Assembly (NCBI GenBank): GCA_963809035.1
Contig: CAWEHV010000002.1
Location: 2,173,601-2,237,600, forward strand
DNA: 64,000 nt
Source: an uncultured Thermoplasmata archaeon
GTDB taxonomy: Archaea; Thermoplasmatota; Thermoplasmata; Lutacidiplasmatales; UBA184
Direction: 5' to 3'
Numbering within the stretch: the stretch's first letter is position 1; every line of letters begins with the position of its first letter. The position numbers and the translations under genes are program-made. The notes below the pieces were generated by a model. The model was not told where the DNA came from. It saw only the letters and a program-made list of their open reading frames with translations, and searched no databases. Below, one piece after another: positions 63,719 through 64,000 of the stretch.

Positions 63719-64000
63719 ATGGCGTGGACGATCTTCCGCGTGCCTTCCGCGAAGCGGGCCGAGCTCGATGGGGTCCTCAAGGACGACATCGTCTCCCGCC
63801 AAAGCCAGAAGGTGCGCGATGCCGGCGCCATGGGCGGGCCGGCCGATCAGACCTACGTGCTGGTCGAGGGTTCGACCGAGGGCGTCCAGCGGGCGAAGGA
63901 GCTCCTCGCCGCGGTCGGGACGCCCCTTCCTTCGACGGAGGGGGAGACCCTGCACCAGCGCTTCCGGGACGAGGAGGACGCGGCGTCGGCCGGGATGGGA
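63719..64000 (+). CDS. Hypothetical protein, 5' part (runs off window end)
   Basis: ATG at 63719 preceded by GGGGAGGA; open frame MAWTIFRVPSAKRAELDGVLKDDIVSRQSQKVRDAGAMGGPADQTYVLVEGSTEG... continues to the window edge. It is absent from the ORF track. Confidence 0.4.
   Translation, partial: MAWTIFRVPSAKRAELDGVLKDDIVSRQSQKVRDAGAMGGPADQTYVLVEGSTEGVQRAKELLAAVGTPLPSTEGETLHQRFRDEEDAASAGMG

Noticed and set aside
1-64000. Mobile elements, prophage, toxin-antitoxin or defence islands
   Set aside because: No transposase or integrase motifs, terminal inverted repeats, phage structural genes or compositionally deviant islands were found. Gene order is that of conserved archaeal core operons.

Overview
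High-GC (~67%) archaeal chromosomal segment. Assignment to a non-halophilic euryarchaeote is an inference from RadB, aEF-2, the exosome, an intron-containing tRNA and the many 4-nt start/stop overlaps. The window is densely coding (~60 genes) and is mostly core housekeeping. Read left to right it contains: acetyl-CoA synthetase (AMP-forming, cut by the window start); an mfnB-like/tusA-like/DHDPS-like operon; two polytopic membrane proteins; heme O synthase (ctaB); an intron-containing tRNA-Trp; a Fec/Btu-type ABC importer whose ATPase carries an extra C-terminal domain; a uvrB plus PP-loop ATPase pair; DUF296; an Lhr helicase; trm1; a THEP1 NTPase; purQ, moeA and glyS. Then comes the conserved archaeal superoperon psmA-SBDS-rrp4-rrp41-rrp42-rpl37ae-rpoP, extended by RNase J, radB and ogt. 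After it: the str operon (rps12-rps7-aEF2); a family-4 UDG; polB; purM; pyrC; a surface-glycan-like membrane cluster (flippase plus a large GT-C-like protein); the two-subunit 2-oxoacid:ferredoxin oxidoreductase korAB; moaDE; ADP-forming acetyl-CoA synthetase; mrp; and TraB. No CRISPR array, IS element or prophage is visible. Many long ORFs in the supplied track are GC-rich antisense shadows or N-terminal over-extensions, and I re-derived starts from family N-termini and from 4-nt ATGA/GTGA start-stop overlaps. I did not find a clearly novel system. The items most worth a second look are: a 150-bp cluster of seven TGTAGTA/TACTACA heptamers with 34-bp periodic spacing between ogt and aEF2; the tRNA-Trp intron with a 10-bp exon-intron duplex and C/D-box-like elements; an in-frame TAG in dedA; a homopolymer frameshift in korB; a trm1 without a canonical start codon; the unusual ABC-ATPase extension; and several uncharacterized membrane and coiled-coil gene pairs.
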